DNA of 64,000 nucleotides, from assembly GCA_963712235.1 (NCBI GenBank), contig CAVQHC010000007.1, forward strand, positions 221,144 through 285,143. Reading direction: 5' to 3'. Made by a program: the position numbers and the translations under genes. This stretch comes from an uncultured delta proteobacterium (GTDB lineage: Bacteria > Myxococcota_A > Polyangia > Polyangiales > Houyiibacteriaceae). Shown here piece after piece: positions 28,575-39,214 of the stretch. The stretch's first letter is position 1. Every line of letters begins with the position of its first letter. Under the pieces are notes generated by a model, which was given only the letters and a program-made list of their open reading frames with translations, searched no databases and had not been told where the DNA came from.

Positions 28575-29657
28575 ATGCTCGCAATGGAATGGCGAAAGAA
28601 CCGAATTGCGATTGGAGCCTTGGTGTTCTTCGTGCTTCTCGGCCTGACGGCCTGGGCGGTGAACAGCAGGAACCGTCAACCCGCGAGCGCCGGGGAGATT
28701 CCGACGATTGAGCTCGATAAGGCTGCGATCACCTCGCTCACGATCACCCGGCCTCAAGATGGGCGCGTAGTGCTGTCCAAGGTCGACGACTCCTGGCAGA
28801 TCATCGAGCCGCTGGAGGCCACAGCAGATCAGAACAACGTCGACTCGGCGCTCAATCGTCTCGCAGAGCTCGAGATTGGCCGTATCGTCGCAACGAAGCC
28901 GGACCACTATGCACGCCTGCAAGTGGACGAAGACAACGCGGTGCGGGTCACGGTGAAGGCGGGAGACGAGACCCTCAGCGAACTGATGGTCGGCAAGTAC
29001 GGCAACGGGATGACCATGGTTCGAATCGACGACCGCAGCGAGGTGTTCGGAGCGAGCGGCTCGCTTCGCTATGCGTTTGACCGTGACCTCAAGGCCTGGC
29101 GCGATCGCAAAGTCGTCAGCGTGAAGCCCGAGGACGTGCAAGCGATCCGGTTCGAAGGTCCGAAGGGGACCTTTGCCTTCGAGCGTGAAGGAGAAGCTTG
29201 GGCTGCCCGGGAAGGTCACAAGGCCCTCGGCGACTTCGATCCGAAGCAGGTGACGGGCACCGTTTCGACCACCGCTCGGCTGGTCGCCTCCGACTTCGCT
29301 GCGGAGGATATTTCTGAAGCGCGGGCCGGGCTGACCGAGCCCCGAGCGACAGTGACTTTGACCTTGGCCGAGACCCCCGATCTCATCGTGCTCGAGCTCG
29401 GTGCCGCCACCGAACAAGGAGATGAGCAGTACCTGCGGCGCAGGGGAGAGCCGACGGTCTATGTGATCTCGCAGTACCTCGCGAACCGACTACAGCCCGA
29501 CGCTGCAGCGTTCGAGGCACCGAGCACGCCGTCAGCGCCGCCACAGGCACAGCCACCAGCGGGGCCGGCGGCGGGCGGCCAGCCACAGCTTCCCCCGGAA
29601 GTCATGGAGCAACTCCGCGAGCAGATCCGGGCACAGCAGCAACAACAGCAGCGCTAG
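28575..29657 (+). CDS. DUF4340-like periplasmic protein with Pro/Gln-rich tail
   Basis: N-terminal TM anchor. Follows the GldG-like gene, as DUF4340 proteins commonly do. Low-complexity C-terminus ending QQQQQQR. Confidence 0.55.
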   Translation: MLAMEWRKNRIAIGALVFFVLLGLTAWAVNSRNRQPASAGEIPTIELDKAAITSLTITRPQDGRVVLSKVDDSWQIIEPLEATADQNNVDSALNRLAELEIGRIVATKPDHYARLQVDEDNAVRVTVKAGDETLSELMVGKYGNGMTMVRIDDRSEVFGASGSLRYAFDRDLKAWRDRKVVSVKPEDVQAIRFEGPKGTFAFEREGEAWAAREGHKALGDFDPKQVTGTVSTTARLVASDFAAEDISEARAGLTEPRATVTLTLAETPDLIVLELGAATEQGDEQYLRRRGEPTVYVISQYLANRLQPDAAAFEAPSTPSAPPQAQPPAGPAAGGQPQLPPEVMEQLREQIRAQQQQQQR

Positions 29658-30049
29658 CTTCCGGCCCCAAGCCGCCAGCCCGCGACCATGATGGCGCCCC
29701 AGCCGACCAAGAAGAGCAAACCACCGAAAGGGGTGATCATTCCAAGCTTCGTCTGGCCAGTAATTGCCATCATGTAAAGGCTACCGCTGAAGAGGCCGAC
29801 TCCAGCGAAGAATGCCCAGCCCGCGAACAGCGCCGAGGCGCCTGCACCGCGATGGACGAGCCAGGCGGCCAGCGCCAGCGCCAGCGCATGGGTCAGGTGG
29901 TAGTGGGCGGCTGTGGTCCACCAGTCCAAGCGCTTGACGGCGTCTGGAAGCGAACCGAGGCGAGACTGCAAGCCATGCGCGCCAAACGCGCCGAGCGCCA
30001 CGGCGCTAAAGCCGAGCAAGCCAGAGAGAATGATGAAGATTCTAGCCAT
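29654..30049 (-). CDS. DUF423 (YgdD/TMEM256) family membrane protein
   Basis: 131-aa four-TM protein. The FGAHG motif near the N-terminus and HY/H residues are typical of DUF423. Confidence 0.75.
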   Translation of the reverse strand: MARIFIILSGLLGFSAVALGAFGAHGLQSRLGSLPDAVKRLDWWTTAAHYHLTHALALALAAWLVHRGAGASALFAGWAFFAGVGLFSGSLYMMAITGQTKLGMITPFGGLLFLVGWGAIMVAGWRLGAGS

Positions 30050-30163
30050 CGAAGCCCATCATGTGCCAGGTATTGCAGCAGGACCAGGCCGCGCGCTAGC
30101 ACCTCGCAGGCGAACGCGTTAGGCTCTGCCAGCGACCGGGGTTATTGGAGCCACGACTCGGAG

Positions 30164-33118
<2,955 letters not shown>

Positions 33119-33720
33119 TCGGCGGTGTAACCAGAACTGGTGCCGCAGCTACCGGGGCGCGGGAAAAAGCCCGTCACGGGGTTCCATCGAACGGCTCGGC
33201 TTGCAGATGTGGTCGGAAGCACTTGGGGGCCTGGACCACGCAAGCCGAGCCTCGGAACTCGCGCCAATCGGAGCGGGTTGCTGTCTTGCCGATTGTCACT
33301 CGTTACGTCGACTCCACCCCATGACGGGTTTTTTCCGCGCCCCTCCATACGGAGACAGGACCACACAACCTTCCCAACCGGCAGGCGGCAGCGCGAGCCC
33401 GCAGGGCGAAGCCCGGCGCGAACGCGCCGGCAAGGCAGAGCAAAGCGAATGCCGCGCCAGGGAGGATTACGGGTGGGGGTGGGCGGGGCGGTGTAACCAA
33501 GCCGTACCACCCAACCCACCCAAGACCTGGCCCCCATCCACCCGCGGCAGCGCGAGCCCGAAGGGCGAAGCCCGGCGCGAACGCGCCGGCAAGGCAGAGC
33601 AAAGCGAATGCCGCGCCAGGGAGGATTACGGGTGGGGGTGGGCGGGCGGTGTAACCAAGCCGAACCACAACCCACCCAAGACCGGCCCCCACCACCCGCG
33701 GCAGCGCAAACCCAAGGAGC
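33119..33720 (+). repeat. composite hairpin-rich repeat, copy B (palindromic head 33154-33343 plus tandem units)
   Basis: Colinear with 8735-9350 and in the same orientation. Outer inverted repeat 33154-33182 / 33316-33343. Unit cores restart near 33373, 33543 and 33697. Confidence 0.8.
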
Positions 33721-33734
33721 AACACTGCAATCAG

Positions 33735-33764
33735 AAGCGGCCCCGTCCGACGACGAGGCCGCTT
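33735..33764. terminator. hairpin AAGCGGCC-N14-GGCCGCTT between the convergent sucA and hsp20 genes
   Basis: 8-bp perfect stem read from the sequence. Only a weak U-tract on either strand. Confidence 0.35.
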
Positions 33765-33792
33765 GATGGTTCCATGCAAGCCTTACTTCGAC

Positions 33793-34209
33793 TTACTTCG
33801 ACCCGGCCTTGACCGAAATCTTTCGCGGCGTCGGCGCTTCCTTCTTGGGAAGCCGGAGCTCGAGCACCCCGTCCTTGAGGTCGGCGCTGATATGGTCGGC
33901 GTCGACCGTTTCGGGAAGGCTGAACGATCGGGTGAAGCTGCCGTACTGTCGCTCGACGCGACGATAGCTGCCCTCGGTCTCTTCCTTCTCGACTTTGCGC
34001 TCACCGCTGAGTGTGAGCACCTTGTTCTCGACGTCGACCTTGACCTCGTCTGCGGTCAGGCCCGGGACCTCAGCGTCCACGTAAAAAGCGTCAGCTTCCT
34101 CGCGGATGTCGACCGCGATTTGAAACGCTTGCTTTGCAAGCCCCCTGCCACCTAGGAAGTGGTCATGGAGGCGATTCATCTCTTCAAATGGATCCCAACG
34201 AACCAGCAT
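33793..34209 (-). CDS. Hsp20/alpha-crystallin family small heat-shock protein
   Basis: MLVRWDPFEEMNRL start, an alpha-crystallin domain (AEVPGL...VENKVLTLSGER) and a GVLELRLPK motif. GGAGGAG lies 6-12 nt upstream of the ATG at 34209. Confidence 0.9.
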   Translation of the reverse strand: MLVRWDPFEEMNRLHDHFLGGRGLAKQAFQIAVDIREEADAFYVDAEVPGLTADEVKVDVENKVLTLSGERKVEKEETEGSYRRVERQYGSFTRSFSLPETVDADHISADLKDGVLELRLPKKEAPTPRKISVKAGSK

Positions 34210-34308
34210 GATGTACTCCTCCGTCAACCTGCGTTCGCAGGCCCGGTAACGGTTGGATCAAGCCGCAGCGCCACCATCGCGCATGGGCCATCTTCCAACG
34301 ATGGAGGC

Positions 34309-34336
34309 AAACTAAGCATGGAAAGCGCGCTGTCAA
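34309..34336 (-). promoter_or_regulatory. candidate sigma-70 promoter for hsp20 (TTGACA-N16-TAGTTT)
   Basis: Minus strand: TTGACA at 34336-34331 and TAGTTT at 34314-34309. Would give a 5' UTR of about 90 nt. Confidence 0.35.
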
Positions 34337-34380
34337 CTCTCGAATTGACTGCATTTTCGGGCGCGATAGGCTACCCGAAG

Positions 34381-34920
34381 ATGAGGGTTCCAACGCTCGT
34401 GCTTCTGCTGGCTGTGATGGGTGGTGCGCTACCGGCGGGCTGTGTCGAGGATGTGCGATTCAATCCGTCGGGCTGCGATGTGCACGTCCGGGGGCGCTGG
34501 CTCGTCGACGGGCAGAACCCGACCGCAGAGACATGCGGCAACATCGCACTGGTCGAGCTCGCGATCATCGACGACCCGGTGCGTCAGTTCTGGGCGGCGC
34601 CGGAGTTCACACTGCGATGTGACGCATCGAGCGACTCCAACGCGATTGTCATTGACGGGGCAGCGTACCTGGACACGATCCTCGTGACGCGCAATCGCTG
34701 CGGCGGCACGGGCAAGATTCTCAGATTACCTCCGGAGGAGGAGCCGCAGGAGTACAAGTCGCGCTGGCGTGCGACGACGGACCTCAAATTCGTGGTCGAC
34801 TGCTCGCCGATTCAAATCACCCCTATCAAGACCATCGACGGTGGAACCGACCTGATCCTCGACGTCGGCACCATCGACTTTCGAACCTTGGATGCAGGCG
34901 TCGAATGCCCCGCGCCTTGA
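34381..34920 (+). CDS. hypothetical lipoprotein
   Basis: MRVPTLVLLLAVMGGALPAGC signal with lipobox. Six further Cys. No family recognised. Confidence 0.55.
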   Translation: MRVPTLVLLLAVMGGALPAGCVEDVRFNPSGCDVHVRGRWLVDGQNPTAETCGNIALVELAIIDDPVRQFWAAPEFTLRCDASSDSNAIVIDGAAYLDTILVTRNRCGGTGKILRLPPEEEPQEYKSRWRATTDLKFVVDCSPIQITPIKTIDGGTDLILDVGTIDFRTLDAGVECPAP

Positions 34921-34959
34921 TCCCTTGCAAACGAACCCTAGGATAGCCATACCAAGTCC

Positions 34960-35661
34960 GTGTTCCGCTTTCCGCCACTCACTCCGTTCGTAAAAAAGCT
35001 GCTGATCGTGCTTTTTGGAGCGTGGATTGTGCAAATCCTGCTTCAGAACTGGGCCGGCATACCCGTTTTCGGGTTTCTTGCGCTCGACACGGCGCAGCCC
35101 GGAGTCGCGACCCTCTGGCAGCTCGGCACCTACGCGTTCGCGTTTCCGACTGGCCCGTCGTCGGTTTTTTCGATGCTGATCGAGCTCGTGTTTCTCTGGT
35201 GGATGCTAGCGCCTTTCGAGCAGCGCTTCGGGGAGAAGCGTACCATCCAGCTTTGCGCCGTCGCAGTGCTCGCGTCCGCCGTCATGGCGCTCATCGTCGG
35301 GCTGCTCATTCCCAGCTCGACCCCGCTATACGGTGCCCAGGCGATTCTCTGGGCCTCGATCTCGGCATTCGCATGGTCGTACCGCGGCCAGGGGCGGATG
35401 AGCTTGTTCGGTGTCATCGACATGAAGCCCGAGCACATCATCTATCTCATGCTCGGACTGAGTGCCTTGAGGTTCATCACCTCCGGGGACGCAGTGGCGC
35501 TCGCAGCGGACATCGGCGCCCTCGGCGGCGGCATCGCCTTCATCGAGTGGCTTCGGCGGCCCCCAGGCGGCCGACGCCGCCGGGCGAAACGGCGCAAGAA
35601 GAAGAGCTCCTTGGGTGTGGTGAAGGGCGGTCGCGCCGACGAGCCGCGCTGGCTAAACTAA
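34960..35661 (+). CDS. rhomboid-fold membrane protein lacking the catalytic Ser/His (pseudoprotease) with a polybasic tail
   Basis: Colinear with the GlpG core (WQ..., ...FEQRFG loop, six TM segments). It has GAQA where rhomboids have GxSG, and ADIGALGGG where they have AHxGG. Confidence 0.6.
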   Translation: MFRFPPLTPFVKKLLIVLFGAWIVQILLQNWAGIPVFGFLALDTAQPGVATLWQLGTYAFAFPTGPSSVFSMLIELVFLWWMLAPFEQRFGEKRTIQLCAVAVLASAVMALIVGLLIPSSTPLYGAQAILWASISAFAWSYRGQGRMSLFGVIDMKPEHIIYLMLGLSALRFITSGDAVALAADIGALGGGIAFIEWLRRPPGGRRRRAKRRKKKSSLGVVKGGRADEPRWLN

Positions 35662-35665
35662 CGCG

Positions 35666-36127
35666 ATGCCTCGAACCGCGCCCATGTCGGTGCCCCTTCT
35701 ATCTGCGCTGATTCTCGCCGCGGTGCATGGCTGCGGCAACTCCCCTGGGAGCGAATTCCTCACGCCGGTGTACGATGCCTGCTTCGACGTCAACGAATGT
35801 GTCGAAAGCGCGACACTTTGCGAGGAGCTCAGTGTGGAGTTCGCCGGCTTCGACTACATCAATTCCATCTGCACCTTGACCTGCGCCGTCGAAGGCTCCG
35901 TCTCTTTGGACTGTCCGCGGGCCTATGTTGGGCTCTTCGGGAGTTGCTACCCATCTAGCGTCGCAGGGGGTATCAACGACACCTTGATTTGTTTCGACCC
36001 CTGCTTCGTGGACGGGGACTGTCAGCAAGGCTTCCGCTGCCTCGGGGCGACCAGCCTCTGCGGAGCCGATCTCGCCTCATGCCCCGTCGACGAAAACGAC
36101 GCGATTTGCGTGCCGGGGCCCGAGTGA
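35666..36127 (+). CDS. Cys-rich secreted lipoprotein
   Basis: The signal ends AAVHGC. 16 Cys in about 130 mature residues, including CFVDGDCQQGFRC. Confidence 0.55.
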   Translation: MPRTAPMSVPLLSALILAAVHGCGNSPGSEFLTPVYDACFDVNECVESATLCEELSVEFAGFDYINSICTLTCAVEGSVSLDCPRAYVGLFGSCYPSSVAGGINDTLICFDPCFVDGDCQQGFRCLGATSLCGADLASCPVDENDAICVPGPE

Positions 36128-36170
36128 CGCTTTTGAGGCTTCGCCCGCAGGCGCGTGCTAATCCATTCGC

Positions 36171-37919
36171 ATGAACCCGTGCCGATCGCAGCGCCGGGCT
36201 GCTGTCCTGCTCATGTTGGTCACCGGTGGGCTCGTTTGGGGCTGCTCTGGCCGCAAGCAGGTTCCTTTCGGCCTCAAGGACGCGGGCCGCGATGCAAGCG
36301 AGCCCGCGACCGAAGCCGAGGAGGGAGCGCCCGAGCTGCACGTTGGGGAGAGCTACGGACCCGACCAGGTGGAGGTTCGCGTCGCGGAGTCCACCTTGGT
36401 TCTCCAAGCGGGCTATGCCTTGGCCGCGCTGCAATTGAATCTCGATGGAAGCGAGCCGGCCGACGCCCTGGTCGTGTCGGCGGACCCCAAGGAGATTCGT
36501 CTCCAGGCCGCTTACCCCCGCGGCCTCGACGTCTCTTCACGTTCCATCGATTCCTTCCTCGTGCCCGCGCATTGCGTGGAACCGACCGCTAGTATCCGAC
36601 AGATTTCGAGCTCCTTGGTGGAAGCTCGCATCGAACACCGCTGCGAGACCGGGAGACGAACCAACGTGTGGCTCGTCACGATCGAGGCTCAGCCGCGCGT
36701 CAGAGAGCGGATCACCGTCCTGCCGCCCAATGAGCAGTCGAGCACGGACATCGAAATCGAGCTCGCTGTGGAAGACCGCGACGCGGATGGCTACGAGGAC
36801 GTCGTTGCGAACCTGCGCATTGGCAAGACAGTCATCCCATTGGCGTGGCTGAACAGGCCGGGTGGTTTCGCGAGAGACGTTTCGCAGCCCGAGGCAAGCC
36901 TGAAAGAGCTCGCCGATGCCGCCTGGGATTCGTTCGGAGCGAATCCCACGAGCGCCAACGCACGCGCAATGACCGTTCTCGATGCGTTCGTCGCACTCTG
37001 TCGCGAAAGCGGTGCTGCCCGAGTCGGGCTTTCGGGAACTCAGGGCTTGCAGTGTCAGCGCTCGCCCGCGACGGCGCGCGCTGTCTCGGTAGCGATGTCC
37101 GCCGCGATTCGGTCCGGAAGCTTCGTTCGAGCGCTCGAGCTGCAGCGATGGTGGCAAAATTCGGCGCTCGAACCGAGCGCCGAGGAACGCAACCTCGTTC
37201 AAGCTGCATGGCGCAAAGCCAAAGCCAATGCGGAGGCGACTTGGCGTTTAGTCGACATCGAGGGCGGCCAGGCTTCGCTCTCTTTCCGAGACCCCGACAC
37301 CCTCGTGATCGATGCCCGAGCACCGCGCCAGGTCCAGCTCAGCTCGGGCATCAAAACGCCGCTATTGCCAGCCGCGCTCGTACCCGCGATTCGTGATCCG
37401 AGTGGTCGCTTCTCCGTCCGGTCGGTGCGTGCCACCTGCGCGGGCTTCGAAGCCGAGCTCGGCCCCATCCGAGGCAAGCAAAGCCATCGCGCAGCCATCG
37501 AGAGGCGGTCGAGCAAGACGCCCTGCAGGACTCCCATCGATCGACCCGCAACGGTTTTCGAGTGGGCGGTGCTCGGCTGGGCGCCGCAAGGGCTCGTGGC
37601 CGCGTCGGGAGACCTTCTCCGGGTCGTGCCACTCAATCAGTTCGCGAAGCCGACGGGTCGGCCGATCGAACTGGGCACGGCGAGCCCCCTGCCCGCTCCA
37701 ATCCGTGGCGCTCGGATCACCGCCAACGGTGCACGCTACGTGATTCCGCACCCGGAGGGCGTCGTCGTGCGGGACTGGCGCAACGGCGGCGCGGGGCTCT
37801 GGCTGCGGCCGGCGGATTGGGACGAGGTTCCCGGCGACCTCCGCAGCATCGCCATCAGCCCGGACGGCCGGAAAATCGCCCTGCAAAAAGGAAGTGAGAT
37901 CCGGCTTTTGAGCTGGTAG
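36171..37919 (+). CDS. hypothetical lipoprotein (582 aa)
   Basis: Signal LMLVTGGLVWGC. C-terminal ISPDGRKIAL blade-like motif. No family recognised. Confidence 0.55.
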   Translation: MNPCRSQRRAAVLLMLVTGGLVWGCSGRKQVPFGLKDAGRDASEPATEAEEGAPELHVGESYGPDQVEVRVAESTLVLQAGYALAALQLNLDGSEPADALVVSADPKEIRLQAAYPRGLDVSSRSIDSFLVPAHCVEPTASIRQISSSLVEARIEHRCETGRRTNVWLVTIEAQPRVRERITVLPPNEQSSTDIEIELAVEDRDADGYEDVVANLRIGKTVIPLAWLNRPGGFARDVSQPEASLKELADAAWDSFGANPTSANARAMTVLDAFVALCRESGAARVGLSGTQGLQCQRSPATARAVSVAMSAAIRSGSFVRALELQRWWQNSALEPSAEERNLVQAAWRKAKANAEATWRLVDIEGGQASLSFRDPDTLVIDARAPRQVQLSSGIKTPLLPAALVPAIRDPSGRFSVRSVRATCAGFEAELGPIRGKQSHRAAIERRSSKTPCRTPIDRPATVFEWAVLGWAPQGLVAASGDLLRVVPLNQFAKPTGRPIELGTASPLPAPIRGARITANGARYVIPHPEGVVVRDWRNGGAGLWLRPADWDEVPGDLRSIAISPDGRKIALQKGSEIRLLSW

Positions 37920-37931
37920 CGAGCCGCGCCT

Positions 37932-39209
37932 GTGACGATGGATCCGCGATGGTATAGTCCCCGCGCTTTGCGCTGCAGCCCGCAACTCCTGTTGGCACTG
38001 CTCGTGCTGTTGGTCCTCGCCGCCTGTAGCGGCGCCCGTTCGCGTCCGTCTACACCGTGCATGTCGGACGCGGAGTGCCGGGCGGAGCGAATCTGTCACG
38101 AAGGCAGGTGCCGCTTCGTCGAAGAGGTGCTCACGGAGCTTGCGACGCCCGTGGTCGGGCCGGACATTAGCGAATCGGACGCAACTCCTCGAAGCGCGAA
38201 CGGCTTCATGGGCGACGCGGCCCACACGGGTCGAAGCGAAAACCGGGGCCCGTCCGCCAGCCCTACCCCGGCCTGGACCTACCAAACCGGAGCCCGAGTG
38301 TTTGCATCACCTGTCGTCGGAAACGACGGCACCGTGTACGTGGGTTCCCTCGATGGGCAGTTCGTCGCGTTGAATGCCGACGGATCGCTGAAATGGCGGT
38401 ACGCGGCCGGGCAGAAGATTTACCCGAGCGCGCTCATCGCGGGATCATCGATCATCTTCGGAACGCACCAACGAGAGCTCGTATCGCTTTCGCTTCAAGG
38501 ACAGCCCCGCTGGAAGCTTCCCCTACAGGACGTCGTGGATGCATCGGCCACCTTGGGCCCCGACGGACGGGTCTACGTGGTAGCCAACGGCGCCTATGCA
38601 GTCGACCTGCTCGGGCGGCTGCACTGGCACAAACCAACGGCCGACCACGTTCGGAGCGCTCCGGTGATTCACCCCGCACGCCTGGTGATCATCGGCACGA
38701 CCGAAGGTTCGCTAGTCGCGCTTCGTCCCGACGGATCGGTCGCCTGGTCCGTACAGCTCCGCGGCGCCATCGAAGGCGCGGCATCGGTCGATGACGAGGG
38801 GTACATTTACACTGGCACGGGTCGCGGCGAAATCGTTCAAGTCGATCAGACGGGCACTGTGCGCTGGAGATTCAAGACCGGCGACGAGGTCCGAGCGACG
38901 CCGGCGATCGCGCGAGACGGAACGATCATCGTCGGCTCGTATGATGGGAGCGTCTATGCCATAAGTCCCTCGGGCGGCCTGCGCTGGAAGGTCGCCACCG
39001 GAGGCCGAGTGCGTGCCTCAGCCCGAATCGATGCGGATGGTCGCATCTACGTGGGGTCGCAAGATAACTTCCTCTACTGCATCGACCCCAGCGGTTCTGT
39101 GCTCTGGCGATACAACGTCGGCCAGGACGTCGATTCGACAGTAGAGATCGGATCCGACGGTACACTGTATTTCGGATCCGACGACGGCGGGGTTCACGCC
39201 CTGCGATAG
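37932..39209 (+). CDS. PQQ-like beta-propeller repeat protein with N-terminal Cys-knot-like module
   Basis: Repeated G.VYVGS.DG.(L/V)YA(L/I) blades (BamB/PQQ-type). N-terminal CMSDAECRAERICHEGRC. Confidence 0.75.
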   Translation: MTMDPRWYSPRALRCSPQLLLALLVLLVLAACSGARSRPSTPCMSDAECRAERICHEGRCRFVEEVLTELATPVVGPDISESDATPRSANGFMGDAAHTGRSENRGPSASPTPAWTYQTGARVFASPVVGNDGTVYVGSLDGQFVALNADGSLKWRYAAGQKIYPSALIAGSSIIFGTHQRELVSLSLQGQPRWKLPLQDVVDASATLGPDGRVYVVANGAYAVDLLGRLHWHKPTADHVRSAPVIHPARLVIIGTTEGSLVALRPDGSVAWSVQLRGAIEGAASVDDEGYIYTGTGRGEIVQVDQTGTVRWRFKTGDEVRATPAIARDGTIIVGSYDGSVYAISPSGGLRWKVATGGRVRASARIDADGRIYVGSQDNFLYCIDPSGSVLWRYNVGQDVDSTVEIGSDGTLYFGSDDGGVHALR

Positions 39210-39214
39210 AAACC

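Noticed and set aside
27945-29417. A 490-aa minus-strand ORF across the GldG-like and DUF4340-like genes.
   Set aside because: It is antisense to a tightly coupled four-gene operon and has no motifs. Another shadow ORF.
29852-30163. The N-terminal 104-codon extension of the sucA ORF.
   Set aside because: It overlaps the DUF423 gene on the opposite strand. Conserved SucA sequence begins at MTADFGVNQG (30164).
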